From Xanthomonas campestris pv. campestris str. ATCC 33913 (GTDB lineage Bacteria > Pseudomonadota > Gammaproteobacteria > Xanthomonadales > Xanthomonadaceae), in contig NC_003902.1 of the NCBI RefSeq assembly GCF_000007145.1, forward strand, positions 4,823,426 through 4,855,425: a stretch of 32,000 nt of DNA, given 5' to 3'. The position numbers and the translations under genes were made by a program. Positions 7,785 through 14,625 of this stretch are shown here, piece after piece (within the stretch, counting starts at the first letter, position 1; each line of letters starts with the position of its first letter). The notes beneath the pieces were generated by a model. That model saw only the letters and a list, made by a program, of their open reading frames with translations, ran no database searches and was not told where the DNA came from.

Positions 7785-9079
7785 GCCCCCGCCACCACAG
7801 GCGCAGCACGACGGGCACGCAACGCGAACAGCAGGATCACGCCGAAGCACACACCGGGCACCACCATTGCCCAATGGATGCCGGCCATGTCCGACACCGC
7901 ACCCATGAGCGCAGTGAGCAAGGCGCCACCAATGATGGCCATCACCAGCAACGAAGACCCCAGCTTGCGTGCGTCATCGTGCATGCCATCCAGGCCCAGC
8001 GCGAAGATGGTCGGGAACATTACCGACATGAACACGCTGGCCGCAACCAGCGCATACAGGCCAGTCCAGCCCGGCAAGGCAATCGCGACTGCGCACAGCA
8101 GCAGATTGATCGTGGCAAAGCTGGCCAGCAACTTGGCCGGCGCCAGATAGCGCAGCAGTGCGGTGCCGACAAAGCGCCCGGCCATGAATAGCACCAGCGA
8201 GATCGTCAGATAGGTGGCCGCGCTTTTTTCCGGCGTACCGGGGACCGCATCCTGCAGGTAGCGAATCAAATAACTCCAGATGCCGACCTGCGCGCCCACG
8301 TAGAAGAACTGCGCCACCACCGAAAACACGAACAGCCGGTTACGCAGCAATTCGCCGAACTTGGCACGCTTGGGGGCCGCCGTGCCCACGCCGGCGTCGC
8401 CGGTTGGGAAGCGCACCAGCGCGATCAGGATCGCCCACAGCACCACCACCACGCCGATGATCAGATAGGGCATCTGCACCGCTGAGGATTCGGTGGCGAA
8501 GAAGGCCTCGCGCGCGGCCGGCGCCATCGCCGCCAGCTCGGCTGGGGTGTGCTCCACGCCGGAGAAAATGAAATGCTGGCCCACCAGCACGCCGGTGATC
8601 GAGCCCAGCGGATTGAAGGCCTGCGCAAGATTGAGCCGCCGCGCCGCGCCGTCGGCCGGGCCCAGCACGGTGACCAGCGGATTGGCGGTGGTTTCCAGAA
8701 ACGCCAGGCCGCTGGCGATCACGAACAACGCCAGCAGGAACAGCCAGTAGGTGTGCACCTGCGCGGCCGGATAGAACAGGAACGCGCCGCAGGCATATAG
8801 CAGCAGGCCCAGCACCACCGCGGCCTTGTAGCTGTAGCGGCGCATGAACATCGCCGCTGGCATCGCGAACACGAAATAGCCCAGGTAGAAAGCGCTCTGC
8901 ACCAGCCCGGCCTGCAGGTCGGACAGCTCGAAGGCCTTCTTGAACTGCTTGATCAGGATGTCGTTGAGGTTGTTCGCCATGCCCCATAGAAAAAACAGGC
9001 TGACGATCAACAACAGGGGCACCACGGCGGTACGCGCCAGGTTGCCGCGCGGTGACGCGGCGGTATCGCTGTAATGCAT
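7781..9079 (-). CDS. fucP: L-fucose:H+ symporter (MFS, FucP family)
   Basis: FFLWGMANNLNDILIKQFKKAFELSDLQAGLVQSAFYLGYF is near-identical in pattern to E. coli FucP (FFLWAVANNLNDILLPQFQQAF.L..FQAGLIQSAFYFGYF), and similarity continues through the protein. I chose the ATG at 9079 (MHYSDTAASPRG..) because GGGAGGGGAGAGG lies directly upstream. The track start at 9154 adds 25 unlikely residues. Confidence 0.9.
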   Translation of the reverse strand: MHYSDTAASPRGNLARTAVVPLLLIVSLFFLWGMANNLNDILIKQFKKAFELSDLQAGLVQSAFYLGYFVFAMPAAMFMRRYSYKAAVVLGLLLYACGAFLFYPAAQVHTYWLFLLALFVIASGLAFLETTANPLVTVLGPADGAARRLNLAQAFNPLGSITGVLVGQHFIFSGVEHTPAELAAMAPAAREAFFATESSAVQMPYLIIGVVVVLWAILIALVRFPTGDAGVGTAAPKRAKFGELLRNRLFVFSVVAQFFYVGAQVGIWSYLIRYLQDAVPGTPEKSAATYLTISLVLFMAGRFVGTALLRYLAPAKLLASFATINLLLCAVAIALPGWTGLYALVAASVFMSVMFPTIFALGLDGMHDDARKLGSSLLVMAIIGGALLTALMGAVSDMAGIHWAMVVPGVCFGVILLFALRARRAAPVVAGA

Positions 9080-9153
9080 GCGACCTCTCCCCTCCCAAGG
9101 CTGTGGCGCTTGCGCAGATTGTGCAGGCGAGCGTACTGCGCGCCGCAGTGGCA

Positions 9154-9184
9154 TGCAAATATAAAAACTTTGTTTATATTTGCA
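9154..9184. promoter_or_regulatory. Perfect 12-bp inverted repeat TGCAAATATAAA-N7-TTTATATTTGCA; candidate operator (IclR-type) overlapping the divergent fucP / iclR promoters
   Basis: Arms at 9154-9165 and 9173-9184 are exact reverse complements. The palindrome centre (9169) coincides exactly with the midpoint between the fucP ATG (9079) and the regulator ATG (9259). It is the only strongly AT-rich block in the 179-bp divergent region and contains TATATT/TATAAA -10-like hexamers on both strands. Confidence 0.5.
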
Positions 9185-9258
9185 CCGAGTGGCGTTGGCG
9201 AGCCTCCAGCCGATGCCTGTACCCTGACGCGCCGCATCGTGCCTGGAGTTGCAAACGG

Positions 9259-10008
9259 ATGAGCATCGAACCCGCCAAGTACCGTGCCCCCGCCCTGGAC
9301 AAGGGCCTGGACATCCTGGAGCTGCTGGCGCGCCAGGCGCAGCCCATGAGCATGGGCGCGATCTCGCAGGGCATTGGCCGTTCGCGCGGGGAGATCTTCC
9401 GCATGCTGCAGGTGCTGGAAGAGCGCGGCTACCTCACCCGCGATGGCGAAGGCGACTACGTGCTGACCAACCGGTTGTTCATGCTCGGCATGCAGCAGCC
9501 GCAGGTGCAGACCATCACCGATGCCGCGCTGCCGGTGATGCGCCGGCTGGCCGATGCGATCTTCCAGCCCTGCCATTTGGTGGCGCCCTCCGGCGACCAG
9601 ATCGTGGTGATCGCGCAGATGGACGTGCCCAGTGACCTGGGCCTGGTGGTGCGGCCCGGGCATCGCCGCCCGCTCGCCCATTCCACCTCGGGCCTGGTGC
9701 TGTTCGCCTTTCAGCAGCCGGAGGTGCAGACCCGCTGGCTGGAGCAGCTGGACGCCAGCGACGTGCCCTACAACCGCGCGCAGTTCCTGCGCGATGCCGA
9801 GCAAACCCGCCAGGCCGGCTACGCGATGCACGCCAGCGAGGCGGTGGTGGGCGTGGTGGACCTCACCGCACCGATCCTGCAGCGCGGCAGTGCCACCTAC
9901 ACGCTCACCGTGCCCTTCATCGAACGCCGCCCGGAGCTGGTCGGCCCGCAGGCCGCATTGAGCGCGCTGCGTGCGGCAACTGCCGAGATCTCGGCCGGGC
10001 TGCATTGA
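9259..10008 (+). CDS. IclR-family transcriptional regulator (probable fucose-locus regulator)
   Basis: Internal ATG at 9259 of track ORF 9052..10008. It has the N-terminal winged HTH LDKGLDILELLARQAQPMSMGAISQGIGRSRGEIFRMLQVLEERGYL and a C-terminal IclR effector domain pattern. It is divergent from fucP. Confidence 0.85.
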   Translation: MSIEPAKYRAPALDKGLDILELLARQAQPMSMGAISQGIGRSRGEIFRMLQVLEERGYLTRDGEGDYVLTNRLFMLGMQQPQVQTITDAALPVMRRLADAIFQPCHLVAPSGDQIVVIAQMDVPSDLGLVVRPGHRRPLAHSTSGLVLFAFQQPEVQTRWLEQLDASDVPYNRAQFLRDAEQTRQAGYAMHASEAVVGVVDLTAPILQRGSATYTLTVPFIERRPELVGPQAALSALRAATAEISAGLH

Positions 10009-10108
10009 CACACCGTTGTTGCGAGGCTGCGGAGATGGCTGCACGCACCTGATGCACCGCGCCGCGGACGCGGGCCTATACTCGGCGCGATCGGCACAGC
10101 GGGATGAC

Positions 10109-11305
10109 ATGTCCAGCATCAGTTTCGGGATGTGGAGCACCAGCCTGCTACTCGGGAGTGCGCACGGCGTGATCGGCGCGGGACTGCTGCTCTGGGCGCC
10201 GCGCAACCGCATCGCCAACCGCTGTCTGGCCGCACTGCTGCTGGTGGTGGTGGCGCTGATTACGCCCTATACGCTCGGCTACGCCGGTGCCTACGACGCC
10301 TATCCCGACCTGACCTACGCCCCCTTGTTTTGGGAGCTGGCGATCGGCCCGCTGGTCTGGCTCTATGTGCGCCAGTTGGCGCGCGCGCATCTGCCACGCC
10401 GGTGGGCGCTGCACTTGCTGCCGGCACTGCTGCAGGGCGGCTACTACGCCTGGCTGTTCACCTGGCCGCTGCAGCGCAAATGGGCCTGGGACGACGCCGT
10501 GCAGCGGCCCTGGATCGCGCCGCTGCAGGACGCGCTGGTGCTGCTCTCGCTCGGCGTGTATCTGCTGATGGCCTGGCGCGAATATCTGAGCTATCAGCGC
10601 TGGCTGGAACATCACAGCGGCGCACGCGAGGAACTACGCCTGCCCTGGCTGCGCGGCTTCCTGCTGGCGGCCAGCGCGCTGCTGCTGTTGCGGCTCGGCT
10701 TCACGGTCAGCGACCGCTGGTGGCACCGGCTGTCGTACTTCGACGAATTTCCACGCTACCTGGCCACCGTGGCAGTGGTCTATTACCTGGGGCTGGAAGG
10801 CTGGCGCCATGCGCGTGCCCGGTATCCGCGCCGCGATCTCCTGCTGAGCGGCGATGCGCTGGCCGATGCGCCGGCACGTGCAGGGTCCGCGCCACCCGTC
10901 GTTCCGCTGCCGGAGCACGCCAGCGCCCCGGCGGGGCTGGCAGTGGTCAGCGCGACCCAGGAAAAAGACTGGCACGCGTTTGGCGCGCGTATTGCGGCCG
11001 AGGTCGATGCACATGGATGGTGGCGCGAGCCGGACCTGAGCCTGCCGGAACTGGCGCGGCGCATGGGCACCAACAGCAACTACCTTTCGCGCGGCCTCAA
11101 CGAGGGGCTGGGGCAGACTTTCAGCGGGTTCATCAACGGACTGCGGATTGCCGAGGCGCGGCGTCTGCTTGCCGGCGACCAGGACATCCTCACCATCGCA
11201 CTGGCGGTCGGCTTCGGCTCCAAGGCCAGCTTCAACCGCGTGTTCCGCGCCAGCCTGCAGTGCACCCCCAGCGACTACCGCCGCTCGCAACGTCCCATCG
11301 CCTGA
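10109..11305 (+). CDS. AraC/XylS-family transcriptional regulator with an N-terminal polytopic membrane domain (about 7 predicted TM segments)
   Basis: The C-terminus LSLPELARRMGTNSNYLSRGLNEGLGQTFSGFINGLRIAEARRLL...ALAVGFGSKASFNRVFRASLQCTPSDYRR is a classic AraC HTH pair. The N-terminal ~260 aa is a series of hydrophobic helices (e.g. CLAALLLVVVALITPYTLGYAG, ALVLLSLGVYLLMAW). The start is uncertain: ATG 10109 was chosen, and 10052 or the track start 9971 are alternatives. Confidence 0.75.
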   Translation: MSSISFGMWSTSLLLGSAHGVIGAGLLLWAPRNRIANRCLAALLLVVVALITPYTLGYAGAYDAYPDLTYAPLFWELAIGPLVWLYVRQLARAHLPRRWALHLLPALLQGGYYAWLFTWPLQRKWAWDDAVQRPWIAPLQDALVLLSLGVYLLMAWREYLSYQRWLEHHSGAREELRLPWLRGFLLAASALLLLRLGFTVSDRWWHRLSYFDEFPRYLATVAVVYYLGLEGWRHARARYPRRDLLLSGDALADAPARAGSAPPVVPLPEHASAPAGLAVVSATQEKDWHAFGARIAAEVDAHGWWREPDLSLPELARRMGTNSNYLSRGLNEGLGQTFSGFINGLRIAEARRLLAGDQDILTIALAVGFGSKASFNRVFRASLQCTPSDYRRSQRPIA

Positions 11306-11334
11306 AAATCGTCGCGTCATTGGGCCGTTGAGTC

Positions 11335-11360
11335 GCCTGCTGCAGCAGCGATCAGCAGGC
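11335..11360 (+). terminator. Hairpin between the AraC-type gene and the S41 peptidase gene
   Basis: GCCTGCTG (11335-11342) pairs with CAGCAGGC (11353-11360) around a 10-nt loop. There is no U-tract, so its function as a terminator is uncertain. Confidence 0.25.
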
Positions 11361-11386
11361 TGGGTGCTCCCTATCAAGGAGTCGCC

Positions 11387-12907
11387 ATGTCCCGTCGCCT
11401 TTGCCTGTTGTTGGTCGTGGCACTGCTGAGCTGGCAGCCGGCTGGCGCCACCCCTGCAGCCTCTGCGCCACCGGTGCGCAGTGATAGCGTCCTGCCTGGC
11501 CCCGCCATGCTTGCCGACATCGCAGTGCTGGAGCAGGCGTACGGTGCGCTGCATCCTGGGCTGTATCGGTATTCCAGCGAGCAGGCGGTGGCGCAACGCT
11601 TTGCAGCGCTGCGCGCCGAACTCGGCCAGGGCGCCACCCTGGCCCAGGCCTATCTGGCGATCTCCCGCCTGACCGCCAGCGTGCGTTGCGGCCACAGCTT
11701 CCCCAACTTCGTTAATCAACCCGAGGCGATCCAGCACGCGCTGTTCGACCACGACCGCCATCTGCCGTTCTACTTCCGCTGGCTGGACGGGCGCATGGTG
11801 ATCAGCCGCAACGGCTCGAACCAGCGGTCGCTGGTCCCCGGCACCGAGGTGCTGGCGATCGACGGCGTGCCCGCCGCGCAGATCCTGTCGGCCCTGATGG
11901 GCGTGGCACGCGCGGACGGCAGCAACGATGCCAAGCGCATCGCGCAGATGGAGGTGCAGGGCTTCGCGCGCATCGAGGCGTTCGATGCCTACCTGCCGCT
12001 GCTGTTTCCGCAGATCAGCGCCGAACCGCTGCTGCGCGTGCGCGGGCCTGGGGGTGGCGCAGTGCGCACGCTGCAGGTACACAGCCTGACGGCGGCGCAA
12101 CGGCAGGCGATGGCGCCGATCCAACCGCGCGACAGCACCGCGCCGGCATGGCGCCTGGAGATGCCAAACGCACGGCTGGCGATCCTGCGCATGCCCGATT
12201 GGGCCTTGTACGACAGCCAGTGGGACTGGCGCGGATTTCTGGCGCAGAGTTTTTCCACCCTGGCCGCGCGCAAGGTCCCCGCGCTGGTGATCGACCTGCG
12301 TGGTAACGAAGGCGGGCTTGATGTGGGCAGCGTGCTGCAGGGGTATCTGTCCGTGCGTGCGCTCGGTGTGCCGCCGATGCGCAAGCGGGTGCGCTACCGC
12401 CGCCTGCCCGCGTCGCTGGCACCGTTTGTTACCACTTGGGACGCCTCCTTTCGCGATTGGGGCGCGCGCGCGGTTGAAGACGCTGACGATGCGCGCTTCT
12501 ACACACTGCGTGACGCGGCCAGCGACGATGCACCCACCGAGACGTCAACGCAGATCGCGCCGCGCGCGCCGCATTTCGCCGGCAACGTGTTCGTGCTGAT
12601 CGGCGCCGAGAACAGCTCGGCCACGTTCGAATTCGCCCAACGCGTGCAAGCCAATGGGCTGGCCACGCTGGTCGGGCAACCCACCGGTGGCAATCTGCGT
12701 GGCATCAATGGCAGCGCGTTCTTCTTCGTGCAGCTGCCCAACTCGCACATCGAAGTGGACCTGCCGCTGGTGGGCCAGTTCCCTTTGACCGCACAACCGG
12801 ATCGCGGCGTGCTGCCCGACATCACCGTGCGGCCAAGCGCTGCGGATCTGCAGCACGGTACCGATGCGGAAATGGCGGCGGTTACCGCATTGCTGCCCGG
12901 TGCGTGA
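11387..12907 (+). CDS. Secreted S41-family serine peptidase (C-terminal processing/tail-specific protease-like)
   Basis: CAAGGAG lies 6 nt upstream of the ATG. Signal peptide MSRRLCLLLVVALLSWQPAGA. The hallmark S41 motif LVIDLRGNEGG is present, followed by VLIGAENSSATFEFAQ...LVGQPTGGN (catalytic Ser region). Confidence 0.8.
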   Translation: MSRRLCLLLVVALLSWQPAGATPAASAPPVRSDSVLPGPAMLADIAVLEQAYGALHPGLYRYSSEQAVAQRFAALRAELGQGATLAQAYLAISRLTASVRCGHSFPNFVNQPEAIQHALFDHDRHLPFYFRWLDGRMVISRNGSNQRSLVPGTEVLAIDGVPAAQILSALMGVARADGSNDAKRIAQMEVQGFARIEAFDAYLPLLFPQISAEPLLRVRGPGGGAVRTLQVHSLTAAQRQAMAPIQPRDSTAPAWRLEMPNARLAILRMPDWALYDSQWDWRGFLAQSFSTLAARKVPALVIDLRGNEGGLDVGSVLQGYLSVRALGVPPMRKRVRYRRLPASLAPFVTTWDASFRDWGARAVEDADDARFYTLRDAASDDAPTETSTQIAPRAPHFAGNVFVLIGAENSSATFEFAQRVQANGLATLVGQPTGGNLRGINGSAFFFVQLPNSHIEVDLPLVGQFPLTAQPDRGVLPDITVRPSAADLQHGTDAEMAAVTALLPGA

Positions 12908-13021
12908 GCCGGGTCAGTCGCCTTCCGCAGTGCTGCCACATAGCTTCGGCTATAAAGATCAGACCGACCTTCGCGTGCAGGCAAAACGCGCTGATCCGTG
13001 GCGCACGTTGGTACACTGCGC

Positions 13022-13128
13022 GCCCCCTTGGGGAGTAGCCTGCTTCCAGTCGATGGAAGCGCCCGCATCAACATACTCGGCCGTTGCGCCGTGGTGCGGG
13101 CAACCACTCTTGGTTTGGCGAGACCAGC
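13022..13128 (+). promoter_or_regulatory. yybP-ykoY family Mn2+ riboswitch aptamer (mntP leader)
   Basis: Contains the conserved CUUGGGGAGUAGCC 5' element, a GCUUCCA/UGGAAGC hairpin, CCCGCAUCAACAUAC...GUGGUGCGGG helices and the conserved UUGGUUUGGCGAGACCAG 3' element. It closely resembles the Xanthomonas oryzae Mn2+ riboswitch as I remember it. It lies directly upstream of mntP, the canonical regulated gene. Confidence 0.85.
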
Positions 13129-13198
13129 GGCATGCGTGCACAACGATGGTTGGGCGCGGGCGCATGCCGTTGTGATCGTGCCCAACCCGAGGTTGTCG
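13128..13198 (+). promoter_or_regulatory. Riboswitch expression platform with two mutually exclusive hairpins ahead of the mntP SD
   Basis: Hairpin 1 pairs CGGCATGCG (13128-13136) with CGCATGCCG (13161-13169) and is followed by TTGTGAT. Hairpin 2 pairs GGTTGGGC (13148-13155) with GCCCAACC (13180-13187), immediately before GAGG (13189-13192) and the ATG at 13199. Each 5' arm lies in the loop of the other hairpin, so they cannot form together as simple hairpins. Confidence 0.5.
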
Positions 13199-13780
13199 AT
13201 GTCTCCGCTCTCTATCGTGTTGCTTGGTTTTGCGATGTCCACCGACGCATTTGCCGCGGCCATCGGCAAGGGCGCGGCGATGCGTCGGCCGCGTTGGCGT
13301 GATGCCGTGCGCGCCGGGTTGGTGTTCGGTTGCATCGAAGCGATCACCCCGGTGATCGGCTGGATGCTCGGACGCGCGGCCTCCGATTACCTCGCCGCCT
13401 TCGATCACTGGATCGCCTTCGGCCTGCTCGGCGCGCTGGGAGCGCACATGATCGTGGCCGGGCTGCGCAACGAGTCCGAGGTGGATGAGGCACTGCGCGA
13501 TACACCCAAGCGCTATGGCTTGCTGGCACTGGCCGCCACCGGCTTTGCCACCAGCATCGATGCGATGGCGGTGGGCGTGAGCCTGGCGTTTCTGGATGTG
13601 CACATCGGCGTGGTGGCGGCCGTGGTCGGGCTGTGCACGCTGAGCATGGTCACCGCCGGCGTGATGCTCGGCCGTGCACTGGGCGCGCTGATCGGCAAGC
13701 GTGCGGAGATCCTGGGCGGCGTGATCCTGATCCTCATCGGCAGCACCATCCTGTACGAACACCTCAGCGGCGCGGCGTAG
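13199..13780 (+). CDS. mntP: Manganese efflux pump MntP (DUF204 family)
   Basis: Internal ATG at 13199 of track ORF 12998..13780; the upstream part translates the riboswitch. The protein starts [26 protein letters not shown] and has a second DUF204 repeat, [16 protein letters not shown]. It is a 193-aa hydrophobic protein. Confidence 0.9.
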   Translation: MSPLSIVLLGFAMSTDAFAAAIGKGAAMRRPRWRDAVRAGLVFGCIEAITPVIGWMLGRAASDYLAAFDHWIAFGLLGALGAHMIVAGLRNESEVDEALRDTPKRYGLLALAATGFATSIDAMAVGVSLAFLDVHIGVVAAVVGLCTLSMVTAGVMLGRALGALIGKRAEILGGVILILIGSTILYEHLSGAA

Positions 13781-13797
13781 GCAGCGCGATTGTCGTG

Positions 13798-14576
13798 GTA
13801 GGAGCGCGCTTACGCGCGATGGGGCGTTATCGGTAATGCCGCGTTCCCGGTAACGCTTCATCGCGCGCGAGCGCGCTCCTACGGTGCCTGCGTGCTCTGC
13901 AAGCAGCGCGATCGAGTCAGGCCGCCGCGTATCACGCATCATGTCGTGATACGCACTTAAGACCTGCACACGTCGAGATCAGCGGACTGCTACCTGCGCG
14001 CAGACTTTATATCGGCCCGGGCACTGGTAGGAGCGTGCTCGCGCGCGATGGGGCGTTATCGGTAATGCCGCGTTCTCAGTAACGCTTCATCGTGCGCGAG
14101 CGCGCTCCTACGGAATTCGCGTCTGCTGTAATCAGCATGGTGCATCCATAAACCCCGCGTATCAGCGGATCATGCGCAATAGGCACTCAGGGATGCGCGC
14201 GTCGAGATCAGTGGAAAATTGCCTGCGCGCAGACACCGGTACCGGCCTGGGCACTGGTAGGAGCGCGCTTGCGCGCGATGGGGCGTTCCCGGTGATGTGG
14301 CGTTCTCGGTAACGCTTCATCGCGCGCGAGCGCGCTCCTACGGTGTTGGATGTTCTGTAAGCAGCGTGGTGCATCATAGATGCCGCCGTGCATCAACGCA
14401 TCTTGTCGCGATGGGCGCTCAAGAATGCGCACGGCGACATCAGCGACCGTTGCCTGCGCACAGGCTCCTGGATCAGGGCACGACTCACTCGTAGGAGCGC
14501 GCTCGCGCGCGATGGGCATTCCCGGTGATGTGTGGCGTTCCCGGTACGGCTTCATCGCGCGCAAGCGCGCTCCTAC
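13798..14576. repeat. Tandem array of four ~230-bp units, each carrying an ~85-bp REP-pair palindrome (GTAGGAGCGCGCTYGCGCGCGATGG ... CTTCATCGCGCGCRAGCGCGCTCCTAC)
   Basis: Palindromic modules lie at 13798-13882, 14027-14111, 14257-14341 and 14491-14576, giving periods of 229, 230 and 234 bp. The inter-palindrome segments are also homologous to each other (e.g. GTCGAGATCAG.GG...GCCTGCGCGCAGAC shared by units). The array fills the whole mntP-kinase convergent gap. Confidence 0.85.
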
Positions 14577-14625
14577 GGTGTTGCGTGTTTTGTAAGTAGC
14601 GCGATCAAGCTGCAACTAACGCACG

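Noticed and set aside
7322-8191. 289-aa + strand Pro/His/Thr-rich ORF across the mutarotase and the fucP 3' end
   Set aside because: It is antisense to two genes with clear homology, and its composition is extremely biased.
10634-12124. 496-aa minus-strand ORF spanning the AraC-type gene, the intergenic hairpin and the S41 peptidase start
   Set aside because: It crosses two well-supported + strand genes and their intergenic region. The translation is Arg/Ala/Gln-rich with no motifs.
13798-14576. Regularly spaced repeats considered as a possible CRISPR array
   Set aside because: The repeats are ~85-bp palindromic REP pairs rather than 25-40-bp units. The 'spacers' are homologous to one another and to the kinase 3' end. 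No cas genes or leader are in the window, so this is a tandem segmental duplication.
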